Below, piece after piece: positions 37,463 to 47,900 of a stretch of 64,000 bases of DNA. This stretch comes from Azolla caroliniana (lineage: Eukaryota > Plantae > Polypodiophyta): the NCBI GenBank assembly GCA_043228905.1, contig JBHGNT010000002.1, forward strand, positions 10,726,001-10,790,000, read 5' to 3'. The notes beneath the pieces were generated by a model, which saw only the letters and a list, made by a program, of their open reading frames with translations, made no database searches and had not been told where the DNA came from. How positions within the stretch are numbered: position 1 is the stretch's first letter; every line of letters begins with the position of its first letter. The position numbers were made by a program, and so were the translations under genes.

Positions 37463-37476
37463 GACGGTGTGTGACC

Positions 37477-40400
37477 TTACACATCCGTAAGTCCCTTCGG
37501 ACTCTGACCGTTTTCCTTACGGGTTGCCGTGTCTTCCTTCGTCTCTACTACGGGTTCCCCGTTGTCTTTTTCTTCCGGATCGATCCGTACCGATCCCGGA
37601 CAGGTTCCTGGTATAGTGCCGGTGAGCTGCTTAAACGGGTTCTTTGGCATCGGTCCTTTATAGGGCTTTAGTCGAAATCCATTCACCCACTTGCCTAGTA
37701 CTTCCCCGACAAGTGTCCCTATCTGATAGGACCCGTTGTATTCCCGTGTCAGCCAATACGGGCCTGTCCATCTGAACCGGAGTTTACCCGGCATCTTGCC
37801 CATCCTCGTTTGGAATACTAGCACCGGCTTTCCGATTTCGAACATCTTCTCATTACCTTTCCGGTGACGGTCAACGAACGCTTTCCGTCGTCGTTGCTCC
37901 AGTTCCATGTGTAGGATGCTGGCCAGCCGTTGCTCCTCCAATTCGCATAGTGCTGCTAGCCGCATTTCCTCCGACTTCTTTTCATTCAGCCGTTCCCGTA
38001 GTTGGATCCGTAAGCTTGGTACCTGAAATTCCACCGGCATGACCGCTTCTAAGCCGAATGCTAACCGGAACGGTGTTGTCCGGATACTTGTTTTGTATGC
38101 CGTTCTGTACGCCCATAGCGCGCTATGGAGCTTTGTATCCCAGTCCGTCCGGTTTTCGTTGACGATTTTGCGGAGAATGTTCTGCAGCGTTTTGTTGGTG
38201 GACTCCGCTAACCCGTTCGCCTGTGGGTAGTACGGTGTGCTCTGTTTATGAACCACGGCATAGAACGTTGTTAAGCTTTCCACTACCTGGCCGAGGAAAT
38301 GGCCTCCTTGGTCGCTGATTAATTCAATCGGACATCCATATCGGCACCAAATGTTTTCGTACAAGAATTTTGCTGTGGATGACGCGGTGTTGTCTCTCAG
38401 GGCCTTTGCTTCCACCCATTTAGTGCAATAATCCGTCGCCACGATGACATAACGATTACCCGTTCTCATTGCCGGTGGCTTGAACGGTCCGACAAAATCC
38501 AACCCCCACTTCTGGAATGGCTCTAGTGGAAGTACCGGTTGGTGTGGCATCCGTGCTTGCTCCGTAGGCTGGCCCATTCGTTGGCATAGGTCACATTCCT
38601 TAGCATACTTGACGGCGTCTTTTAACGTCGTGGGCCACCATAAGCCGCTCTGCCATACTTTCCTCGCCGTCGCTTCCCCGGCATAGTGTCCTCCAGCAAC
38701 CCCACAGTGTGCTTCCCGTAAGATTACTTCTTTCTCGTCACTACGGACTGCCCGTCGCCATATTCCATCTGCTCCTTTGTGGTAGAGAGTGTCCCGTAAC
38801 AGACAGAAATTGCGGCTCTGCACCGCTAGTCGTTTCCTCTCGTCCCGGTTCATTTCTTCCGGTGGCAGGCCCGTGCTTAGGAACTGGTGCATGTTTGTCA
38901 GCCATTTATCTTCTGATGCCACCGTGTCGTCCGCTGCCGTTTCCGGGGTGATACGGAATAACTCCGCGTCCGGGAATTCATCCGCTACTCCGTCGCCTGG
39001 TTCTCCGGACTCTAACCGGCTTAGATAGTCTGCTACGGCATGCTGGATACCGGGCCGGTGGAAAATCTCGAATTCGAACTCCTGCAACAGTAAGGTCCAA
39101 CGGGCCAACTTACCGGTCAGGGACGCCTTGGAAACTAAGTAGAGGAGCGCCGAGTGATCCACATGGAAGGAGAACTTCCTTCCCAATAGGTAGTGACGAA
39201 ACTTTGTTACACTGTAGATCATGCCCAGGGCCTCCCGTTCCGTCGTTGAATAGTTCTTCTCCGCTTGGGATAGTTTCCGGCTGGCGTAATATACCGGCCG
39301 GTACCATTTAGGCTCCGTAAGTTGCATTAAGGCGCTGCCAATAGCGATGTCGGACGCGTCCACGAACACGTGAAATTCCTTGCTCCAATCCGGAGGCTGC
39401 ACGACAGGTGCTTGCGACAAAAGTACCTTCAGGGCATTGTATGCCTTATCCTCCGTGTCCGTCCATTGGAACGGTGTCCGATGTACCGCGGTGTGTAATG
39501 GTGTCGCCAAGTCCGCCAAGTGACGGAGCATCCGGCTGTGCCACCGGATTTGTCCTAAGAATCGGCTTAGTGCTTTGGCCGTTTTCGGCGCCGGTGCCCC
39601 TAGGATGGCGTTTACTTTGTCCGGGTCGACCGCAATGCCCTCCTTACTTACGATGTGTCCCAGCAATATTCCACTTGAAACCCCAAAGATGCATTTTGCT
39701 GGGTTTAAGCTTAGCCGGTATAACCTGCACTTTTCAAGGCATAACCGTAGGTGCTGCAAATGGTCTTTTCCCCGGCTATAGACTGCAAAATCATCCAGGA
39801 AAACTTGCATAAAGGCAGGAATGTATTCGCCGAAGATCTCCATGATGATTCGCTGGAACGTTGCTGGTGCCGTTTTTAGGCCGAACATCATGACTTCGGC
39901 CACAAACACCCCCCATTCGGTGACGAACGCTGTCTTTTCCTGGTCGTCCGGGTGCATCCGGATTTGATTGTACCCGCTGAACCCGTCTAAAAAGCTATAA
40001 ACTTCATGACCGGCGACGGCATCCAGTACTCCGTCCGTGAACGGAAGAGGGAAGGCATCCGTAATTGTGGCGGCATTTAGTTTCCTGTAATCAACACACA
40101 CACGGATTTTACCGTTCTTCTTGGGGACGACGACGATGGGGCTCAGCCACGTCGCTTTCTTTACCGGCCGGATGAAGCCCACTCTTAGGAGTTTGTCGAT
40201 TTCCTCTTTTACTTTGGCGGCGTAGTTGGGGTTCATTCGGTATCGTCGTTGCGCTACTGGTTTCGCGTCCTTGCCTAAGTGGATCTGATGCTGATATAAT
40301 TGAGGGTCCAGCCCTCGCATGTCCTCGTATGACCAGGCGAATACGTCGCGAAACTCCGTAAGAAGTTTGATCATCGCCGCTTTATCTTCCGGCTTCATTT

Positions 40401-42210
40401 CTTTGGCGATGTGTACCGGCTTTGATTCGTCCTTGCTTCCTAGGTTTACTTCGTCGAGCTGGGATGCTTTTACCCGTTGGGAAACGGCCATTTCCCGTTC
40501 CAACGTTTCCTGTGCTTGCCGTAATTCCCGAATCGCATCTTTGTCTGGTTCGGCTTCGGTGTCGTCCCGCTGCGGCAAGTATGGGGCTACGGCTTCAGCT
40601 ATGTCGATCTCGAAGAGTGGTACGATCTTCGGATGTTCCTCCAAGTACTGGGCTTCTTCGTCGTCTGCCAATCCTTCAAGCATGTTCACACATTCCGCAT
40701 ACAGCGGTGTGCATTCCTTACCGTTGCTCGTCCGTGGTTGTGTCGGAACCCGGACCTTGGCTTTTCCGCGCCGGAAGGTAATCATATTTTTTCGCCAATT
40801 TTGCTTGATGTGTGCTGTTTTCAACCATGGTCTGCCCAGCAGCAGTGGGTACGCGCCTTGCACCTGTAGCTGCAACACTACAGCCGAGATGTGAAATGTG
40901 TGGCCTCCTATGGTGACTTCCAATTTCCGTATTAAGCCCGTCGGCCGTACAGAGCTCGTATCCGCCATCCGTAGCCAGAACGGACATGGCTCCCATTCAT
41001 GTATACCCAAGGCATCACACGTGCGAAGGCTTATTACGTTCACTCCGGAACCTCCATCGATTACTGTGCCGGGAAGTTCGTGCCCTTTGACAATAGCTGT
41101 GATCACCGGACTACTAGTGTCCACCACCGTCGGTCCCTCCTCCGGGTTCGAGAAAAGGACTGGTGCCGGTGGAGCTATACCGTCTGTCATGACCGTTTTT
41201 AGTCCTTCTGTGAATCGTGGCACGAGCTGCAAGAGTCTTCCTAATGGTAACGTGATCTGACATTCTTGTAGTGCTTGCCATGTCTCGTTTTCTGGGTGGC
41301 TACCGCCGGCACTCCCTATGGTCTTCGCCTTTTGCCGTTCCGCGTCCGCGACGTTTCTTTCATTGGCTTCCTTCACCCATTCCGTCGCCTGTTTTCGTAT
41401 GGCCTCTTGTGTTTCCCATTCTTTGGCCATGCCTTTCGACCGTCTGGTTACTTGCTGTAAATCCGCCACTTCCGGAACCACCATATTAACTGCTGGTCGT
41501 TTCTCGTAGCTCTTTACCGGGCACTGGTTACTGTAGTGGCCTTCCTGCCTGCAGTAGTAGCAGTACTCTTTACGGGTATTGCTGGATTCAGCATTGCTGT
41601 TAGCCGGAGTCGGTCCCGTAGCGAGTGGTGCGTTCTGTGCCGGTTGGCTCCTTGGGGTTCCATGTTCCGGGTCCCTAGGGTGACCACCTTTCTTGAAATT
41701 ACGTTTCTTATTATTCTTATGTTTATTTCGGTAGTCCGGTCGTGGTGGATCGTAAAATCGGCCGTAGTCCTCCTGGTGCCTTCGGTAACCAGGGGAATGG
41801 TCTCTGTCGTATTGCTCGTGTCGCCTGTTGGGCTCTCGATTACGGTCCGACCGCTCATACCGGTCGTAGTTATCACGCCGATTCCCGTACCGGCCATCAT
41901 TCTCTTGCCTGTCTCCGTACCGGACATCCTGTGCCGGTCGGTACCGGTTCATTTTTTGCCAATGATCTTCATCTTCGTCTTGGCTGCTTCTTGGCTCGAT
42001 TCGTCGGACGGGTGGTGCTTGTCGGTTTAACAGGTTATACTCGCACCGGTCCGTTGTATGACTCTTGGATTGACAAATCACACACTGAGTGCGCATGGTG
42101 CACTCTACTGCCGAGTGTCCGGCATTCAAGCAGATTGTGCATTGAATTGCCTGCCGGAACCGGAGATCTTCCTCGGTGGGTAACGCCCGTTGCAGTGTTC
42201 CCAGCGTAAG
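37477..42210 (-). CDS. pol: Gypsy polyprotein: 3 CCHC knuckles, protease, RT, RNase H, integrase
   Basis: Knuckles CTICLNAGHSAVEC, CVICQSKSHTTDRC and CYYCRQEGHYSNQC. PR IDGGSG, RT FLDGFSGY and VFLDD, RH VDAS..ERE. INT H..H..CDLC, WGLDF, SDQG, GLAE. Uninterrupted for more than 1550 codons. Confidence 0.95.
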   Translation of the reverse strand, partial: LTLGTLQRALPTEEDLRFRQAIQCTICLNAGHSAVECTMRTQCVICQSKSHTTDRCEYNLLNRQAPPVRRIEPRSSQDEDEDHWQKMNRYRPAQDVRYGDRQENDGRYGNRRDNYDRYERSDRNREPNRRHEQYDRDHSPGYRRHQEDYGRFYDPPRPDYRNKHKNNKKRNFKKGGHPRDPEHGTPRSQPAQNAPLATGPTPANSNAESSNTRKEYCYYCRQEGHYSNQCPVKSYEKRPAVNMVVPEVADLQQVTRRSKGMAKEWETQEAIRKQATEWVKEANERNVADAERQKAKTIGSAGGSHPENETWQALQECQITLPLGRLLQLVPRFTEGLKTVMTDGIAPPAPVLFSNPEEGPTVVDTSSPVITAIVKGHELPGTVIDGGSGVNVISLRTCDALGIHEWEPCPFWLRMADTSSVRPTGLIRKLEVTIGGHTFHISAVVLQLQVQGAYPLLLGRPWLKTAHIKQNWRKNMITFRRGKAKVRVPTQPRTSNGKECTPLYAECVNMLEGLADDEEAQYLEEHPKIVPLFEIDIAEAVAPYLPQRDDTEAEPDKDAIRELRQAQETLEREMAVSQRVKASQLDEVNLGSKDESKPVHIAKEMKPEDKAAMIKLLTEFRDVFAWSYEDMRGLDPQLYQHQIHLGKDAKPVAQRRYRMNPNYAAKVKEEIDKLLRVGFIRPVKKATWLSPIVVVPKKNGKIRVCVDYRKLNAATITDAFPLPFTDGVLDAVAGHEVYSFLDGFSGYNQIRMHPDDQEKTAFVTEWGVFVAEVMMFGLKTAPATFQRIIMEIFGEYIPAFMQVFLDDFAVYSRGKDHLQHLRLCLEKCRLYRLSLNPAKCIFGVSSGILLGHIVSKEGIAVDPDKVNAILGAPAPKTAKALSRFLGQIRWHSRMLRHLADLATPLHTAVHRTPFQWTDTEDKAYNALKVLLSQAPVVQPPDWSKEFHVFVDASDIAIGSALMQLTEPKWYRPVYYASRKLSQAEKNYSTTEREALGMIYSVTKFRHYLLGRKFSFHVDHSALLYLVSKASLTGKLARWTLLLQEFEFEIFHRPGIQHAVADYLSRLESGEPGDGVADEFPDAELFRITPETAADDTVASEDKWLTNMHQFLSTGLPPEEMNRDERKRLAVQSRNFCLLRDTLYHKGADGIWRRAVRSDEKEVILREAHCGVAGGHYAGEATARKVWQSGLWWPTTLKDAVKYAKECDLCQRMGQPTEQARMPHQPVLPLEPFQKWGLDFVGPFKPPAMRTGNRYVIVATDYCTKWVEAKALRDNTASSTAKFLYENIWCRYGCPIELISDQGGHFLGQVVESLTTFYAVVHKQSTPYYPQANGLAESTNKTLQNILRKIVNENRTDWDTKLHSALWAYRTAYKTSIRTTPFRLAFGLEAVMPVEFQVPSLRIQLRERLNEKKSEEMRLAALCELEEQRLASILHMELEQRRRKAFVDRHRKGNEKMFEIGKPVLVFQTRMGKMPGKLRFRWTGPYWLTREYNGSYQIGTLVGEVLGKWVNGFRLKPYKGPMPKNPFKQLTGTIPGTCPGSVRIDPEEKDNGEPVVETKEDTATRKENGQSPKGLTDV

Positions 42211-43341
42211 TCATGAGCTTGTCTTTTCCATTTCTCTGACCCGGTCAATGACCTGATCGATGGTGCATCCTCGAAAGTCGATCACCGTACACACCGTGCG
42301 TAACGGTTCCCGGAGTGCGTTTAAAAATATCGTCCGTAATTCCTCCTCCGGGGGTGCACGGGCAAGCTGGCTATGCATTCGTTGGAAACGGATGACGAAT
42401 TGGGGAATGCTTTCCCCTGCCTCCTGCCGGATCGTATAAAACAAGCCCACCATTGTCGTCTGGTCGACCTCCTTGTGGAAAAAATGCAAGAATTTTGCTT
42501 TTAATTCTGCAAATGTTGTGATGGTCGCCGGGTCCTGCGACCGCCGCCATCGTGTCGCTGGTCCCTCCAACGTGACTCCGAATTCCGCTATCTTCGAGCG
42601 TTCTTCTTCCTCCGGTGTCATTCGCTGGGACGTGTGATTTGCTTCCCATGTCTGCTCGAAGTCATCCACATGCGCTTCCGCATCCGGATCATCGCGGTAC
42701 TTTGAGTATTGGAACGGCATGTCGTCGTCCAGTATTAAGCCGCGGTTTAGTGGCGTTTGTTGATATTTTTCCGGTTCTTTCTCCGGTTCCACTTCCGGTT
42801 CTTCTGCCGGTCCTTTTTCCGGTTCTTTTTCCGGCTCTTCTTCCGGTACCTTTGCCGGCTCTTTCGTTGGTGTTGGTGGCTTTGCTTCTTCCACTTCCGG
42901 TGTTGGTGGGTTGACGACTTCCGTTTGCGGTTCCGGATAGCCCTGGTTGAGCGGTTCCGGTTCTGGAGTCGGCACGGTATCCGACCCGTCGTCTTCCGGG
43001 CCGCCGGGGGTATCGTTGCTGCTCCGGTAGTTCGTGTGCACACTGTATCCCCCTTCGGAATCCGATTCGTAGGCTGAAAAGGCTTCTGCCTCGTTTTCTC
43101 CGCTTGCCAGCGCCTCCAGGAGTCGTTCGGTTTCCCGGAGACTACTTAGACTGCTTCCGTCGTCCTGGTCGCGAGTTTGCCGTAACCGGAGAGATTCCTC
43201 CGCGACTCTCCGGATCTCGTTGGAGAACGAACGATCCGAGCGAATTTCCTGCGCTGCTTGCTGGAAAGTCTCACGCCGTCTTTGCCGTTCGGCGAGGCGT
43301 CGAGCTCGGTCTGTACCCAAGTCGTGCGTTGGTCTAGTCAT
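42211..43341 (-). CDS. gag: Gag (capsid region), 376 aa, in frame with pol across a single TGA
   Basis: The ATG lies ~34 nt after the PBS. The retrotransposon-gag-like core is GPATRW..TFAELKAKFL..IRQEAGESIPQFVIRF. Confidence 0.88.
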   Translation of the reverse strand: MTRPTHDLGTDRARRLAERQRRRETFQQAAQEIRSDRSFSNEIRRVAEESLRLRQTRDQDDGSSLSSLRETERLLEALASGENEAEAFSAYESDSEGGYSVHTNYRSSNDTPGGPEDDGSDTVPTPEPEPLNQGYPEPQTEVVNPPTPEVEEAKPPTPTKEPAKVPEEEPEKEPEKGPAEEPEVEPEKEPEKYQQTPLNRGLILDDDMPFQYSKYRDDPDAEAHVDDFEQTWEANHTSQRMTPEEEERSKIAEFGVTLEGPATRWRRSQDPATITTFAELKAKFLHFFHKEVDQTTMVGLFYTIRQEAGESIPQFVIRFQRMHSQLARAPPEEELRTIFLNALREPLRTVCTVIDFRGCTIDQVIDRVREMEKTSS

Positions 43342-43374
43342 CCATTACCGTCGTTCGCTGCGAGAAAGCAGGAA

Positions 43375-43386
43375 TCGTGGTCGCCA
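43375..43386 (-). promoter_or_regulatory. Canonical minus-strand PBS (tRNA-Arg type)
   Basis: TGGCGACCACGA, 6 nt downstream of the 5' LTR. Confidence 0.8.
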
Positions 43387-44986
43387 AAACTGTGTTATTC
43401 TCTTAGCCGGACAAGGCCTAACACAAGGTGTCACGGAGACACTTCACCAAAGGGTGATTACGGCATAGGATTAAGATTCAACGATTACACCGACTTACGT
43501 AGGTTACACGATTAGATTGCTTTGGTTAATTACACGCGTAAGATATAACAGTGATTACAGAACGGAAATCAAGACAGAAGTATAAACAACATAAGCTCTA
43601 CTAATTATCCGCTGTCATTACAATAGGGTCCGGGCCTTTAAATAGGTTTCCGGCCCGTAGTACAAAACGGTGCCTTCTCGCACCTATTCGGGATCCGTCC
43701 GGATCTGGAACGGCATACCGTTTCCAGTCCGTCCGTCCACACTTTGGTCATTTACAACCATATCTAATTAATTCCTTCACTCCGTATTTTGGACTCCTTG
43801 CCGGCCGGTAACAGGCCAAAATCTTCCAAGTCTCCTCTTGTTCCTGGATTGGTAATATCTCGGACTGAGGAACAAATTTCTCCTTCTTTGATAACTCATT
43901 ATCTTGCATCATTTTGACGAAATTATTCTGATTAGCTTCTTCCACCCATTCCTTAGCTGCTTTCCGAATGGCTTCTTGGACTTCCCACTCGGATTGTTTA
44001 CCTTTGCTTCGAGTGGTCACCTGTTAAATTTCGGGTACAACCATATTGATGGTTGGTGCCTTCCCTTTTTGCCTTGTTGGACATTGATTCACATAATGCC
44101 CATCTGTCCTACATATGTAGCAATTCGGTACCGATGAACCACTTGCTTCACCGGTTTCATATTGTGGATGTTGATCATCATTTGACTCGGAATTTTCTCT
44201 TTGCCGAGTGTCATGCTGAAATTGTCAAGACCCCTTCGGCTTCTTATTATCATTGAACCGCCGATTACCTTGTTGATTATCATCTTGTCATTGAAAGTTA
44301 TTAGAATTTCGATTTTCTTGATAACGACCTCCTCTATATGGTTGTCGATTACCATTATCTCTTTGAGGTGAATACTCCCTATCATGATTATTCCGATCAT
44401 CATGACGATAGTCGTTTTGCTGATCGTCATCCCTTCTTGGTTCATATCAGTCGTTCCGCCGATATTCATCTCGGCCATAATCATTATCATTTCTACGGTT
44501 ATCATCCCGCCTATCCAAGTAATAACGACCATACTCCTGAGATCAATTATTTGATCTATTCTTGTTCTCCTCATAATAATTGTTTGGATGAATTTGTCAA
44601 ACAGGTGGTGTCCCTTTGTTAAGCAAATTATATTCACATTGTTCGACAGAATGAGCTTTAGAATGACATATAGTACAATGGGTGCACAAACTGCATTCCA
44701 TTGTTGAATGTCCTGTGTTAAGACAGGTCGTACACTGAACCGCTTGCCAAAATCTGAGCTCTTCCATTGTTGGTAAATTGTTATGTAACGCGGACATATT
44801 CATGCTATTCCTATTTTTGTGCATCCGATCCATAGCTAACGCCTTTTCAATGACCTGGTCGATTGATTGATTACGAAAATCGAACACTACTAAAGTTGTT
44901 CGAAGGGGTTCCCGAATTGCTTCAAGAAATATATCTTTTAATTCTTCATCAGGTATTGTCTTGGAAATTTGAAGTTGTAAATTCTG

Positions 44987-47900
44987 TGTTGAGAGACAAG
45001 CTCAACATCGGCCGGATCGGCTGAAGAAGCCGAGGACCGGATCGGTTGGGACCGATTGGTTAGGCCGAGTGCGTAAACCGGGAGGTCGTTAGGAAAGATA
45101 TTCCGTGAGGAATATATTTGGGAGTTAGTGTAGGAGCTCTTGATGAGCATTGAAGTACTGTCAGTACTTCGGTCAGTCCTTCTAGGACTTGTATAAAAGT
45201 GTTCACTGAGCACGTCTTATGTACAGACAGAGTATTATTGTTGAATATATTTTTGTGTCTTCTCTCTCACTCTCTCTGTCTCTCCTGCATATAGCGTGTA
45301 AGCTCAAGCTCTCCATTGAACCTGAGTTTCCTTCCTTCTGTTCGGTCTTCATACCTGCTTCCGCACGCTACTTTCTACATGGTATCAGAGCGCGAGGGTT
45401 GAGAACCTCTCTGCAGCCGACACAACTTGACGAAGAAGAACGATGGATAGAGGCATGGCGAGCTCGCTTCCAACAGAGAAGCTCGACAGAACCAACTACG
45501 CGTCTTGGTCCTACAAGATGCACCAGTACCTGCTCGGGCACGGCTACTGGAGTTATGTCGAAGGAGCTAATGACGCGGCACCTGAATTGACACACAGAGA
45601 CTTCCCATCATGGGAGCAATCGGCGAGCAGGGTATTATACTGCTTCGCGTCGTGTGTGGGCGAACAACTATTGAGCTATGTTCGGGATGCAAAGATGCCG
45701 AAGGGTGCGTAGGAAAATCTGAAGAAGATTTTCGCCGCGAGCACCACAGTCAGGAAGCTTCAGCTCCGACAGGAGTTGAGCAACCTACGACAACGCGACT
45801 TGTAAGTGGCGGACTATACCTCGAAGATCAAGGATATCTGCGACTCCCTCGCCTCCATAGAGGTGAACATCGAGGAGAGTGAGATAGTCCAGATCTGTCT
45901 CGGAGGTTTGGCGTCGAAGTTCGGAGCGTTCCGAACGGCTATGTGCACCCGGGAGAATACACCGTCCTTCTTTGACTTACAGTCAATGGTCCTGGTAGAG
46001 GAGAACCATGCGGGTGCGTCTACAAGCACGCACACCGACAACAGAATGCTGTACACGGAGGGAGATAGGCCCCGTGGACGTGGAGGACGGGGCGAGTCGG
46101 CGCGCAATGGAGGCGGCCGACGAGATTAGGGAAGAAGGCACAGAAGTGATGCCGACAACAACTTCGGACCCTTCGGAAACAGGGGGAGTCGAAGCGATGA
46201 GAACCGGCAAGGGAAGTCCATCGCGGAGTGCTGGTACTGTGGCAAGAAAGCCACAGGGAAAGTGAGTGCTGGAAGAAGCGTGCCGATTCGGAGAGAACTT
46301 GTTCCGGGAACGGCTCCAAACATACCGACAAGGGAAATCGCCAGCAATCGCACTGTGCCGAAGACTCCGGGAGAGCCGGAGAACTGATTGCCTTCGTGAC
46401 GAGACACGAAGCAAACTCAATGAAACAGACCACCCCGAGATCGGACGAGGTGTGGTACGTAGACTCCGGCGCGTCAAACCACATGACGAGACATAAGGAG
46501 TGGTTCTCGTACCTTGAAAAACCGATACAACCTGGAGTAGTCACAACTGGAGACGACACTCCGCATCCGATCGTGAATGTCGGAGAAGTTCCCCTTAGCC
46601 ATGTCGGGCAGAAAGGGAAACTCATGAACGTGCTGCACGTCCTGACAATCACGAAAAACTTGGTCTCGGTCGGACAGATCGTCGACCAAGGAATGGAGGT
46701 TCGGTTTACACACCTCGGGTGCTTCATTGAGGAAGAAGGCCGTGTGATTGCGCAAGGGCGCAGAGACGGGAGGATGTTCATCGTCGACTCCACTGACGGC
46801 GGCACCGCAAAATTTGCAAAGGGACAAAAGACCGAGTCGGACATCGACTTGTGGCACAAGCGGATAGGCCATGTCAACCACCAACGGCTTCAAGATCTGC
46901 AATCGAAACAGGTAGTATTCGGATTGCCCAAATTTAGTGGCCGAAAGGCACAAATTTGTGAAGCCTGCCAGCTCGGGAAGCAACACTGACTTCCCTTCCC
47001 CAACGAGCGAAACCGGAGCCGGAACAAGCTCGACCTTATACACTCCAATGTGTGGGGGCCGGCACAAAACGTTAGTCTTGGCGGGAGCCGATATTTCGTC
47101 TCCTTCATTGACGACCACACGCGCCACACGTGGATCTACCTCATTGAGAGGAAGAGCGAAGTCTTCGACTGTTTCCGGGACCTCAAAGGGTTCGTGGAAA
47201 CAGAAACGGGACGAAAGATCAAGTGCCTGCGGTCGGATGGCGGGAAAGAGTACTTTTCCGGTCAATTCAACGGTTACCTACAACAAATGGGAATTCGCCG
47301 CGAATTCAGTTGTAGATACACGCCGGAGCAAAACGGCATGGCCGAGAGAAAGAATCGGCTAGTTGTGGAAGCAACACGGGCAATGTTGGAGGAGAAGAGC
47401 TTGCCCAAGTTCTACTGGGCCAAGGCGGTAAGGACCGCGGTATACATCTAGAACCGGATCGGAGACAAAGTGTCAGCGCACAAGCTGTATTTCGGAACGA
47501 AGCCGAACTTGCGACACTTGAGGGTGTTCGGTAGCATTGCGTATGTGCATGTACCGAAGGAGAAAAGGAGGAAGCTGGACGCAAAGGCCGAGAAATGCAT
47601 CTTGGTCAGTTACTCGGACGAGCAGAAGGGTTATAAGTGCTATAACCCTCGCACCAAACAAGCGCGTGTTAGTCGCGAGGTTGTGGTTGACGAGTCTGCG
47701 TCCTGGTACCTGCCCCCGACTCAGAACCCCGACTCCAATACGAGCTCTGACGATAAGGTCAGCGAGGCCGAGATGCCTCCAGATGAGCCCGAAATCGAGA
47801 CCCGCGAAGAGAGTCCGTTTTCACTCTGGTTAAGTGGACCGATTGGACGACTGAGTCGGTACGACCAGTCCGATGAAGAGCCGACGAGTAGTGGAGACTC

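Larger units (their letters stand above)
33973..43813 (-). mobile_element. Young, near-intact non-chromovirus (Athila-related) Gypsy, 9841 bp, with an extra 3' ORF and no PPT
   Basis: LTRs 33973-34393 and 43393-43813 are 421 bp with one difference seen (34327 C / 43747 G). TSD GGCCA. TATTTAAA lies on the minus strand of the LTR. Domain order is gag-PR-RT-RH-INT. Confidence 0.97.

Noticed and set aside
33973-43813. Idea that the element is plus-oriented with inverted ORFs, using 34396-34412 as its sole PBS
   Set aside because: The LTR TATA-like motif, all ORFs and a PBS just before gag are on the minus strand, matching the host element, and no PPT exists at the other end in plus orientation.
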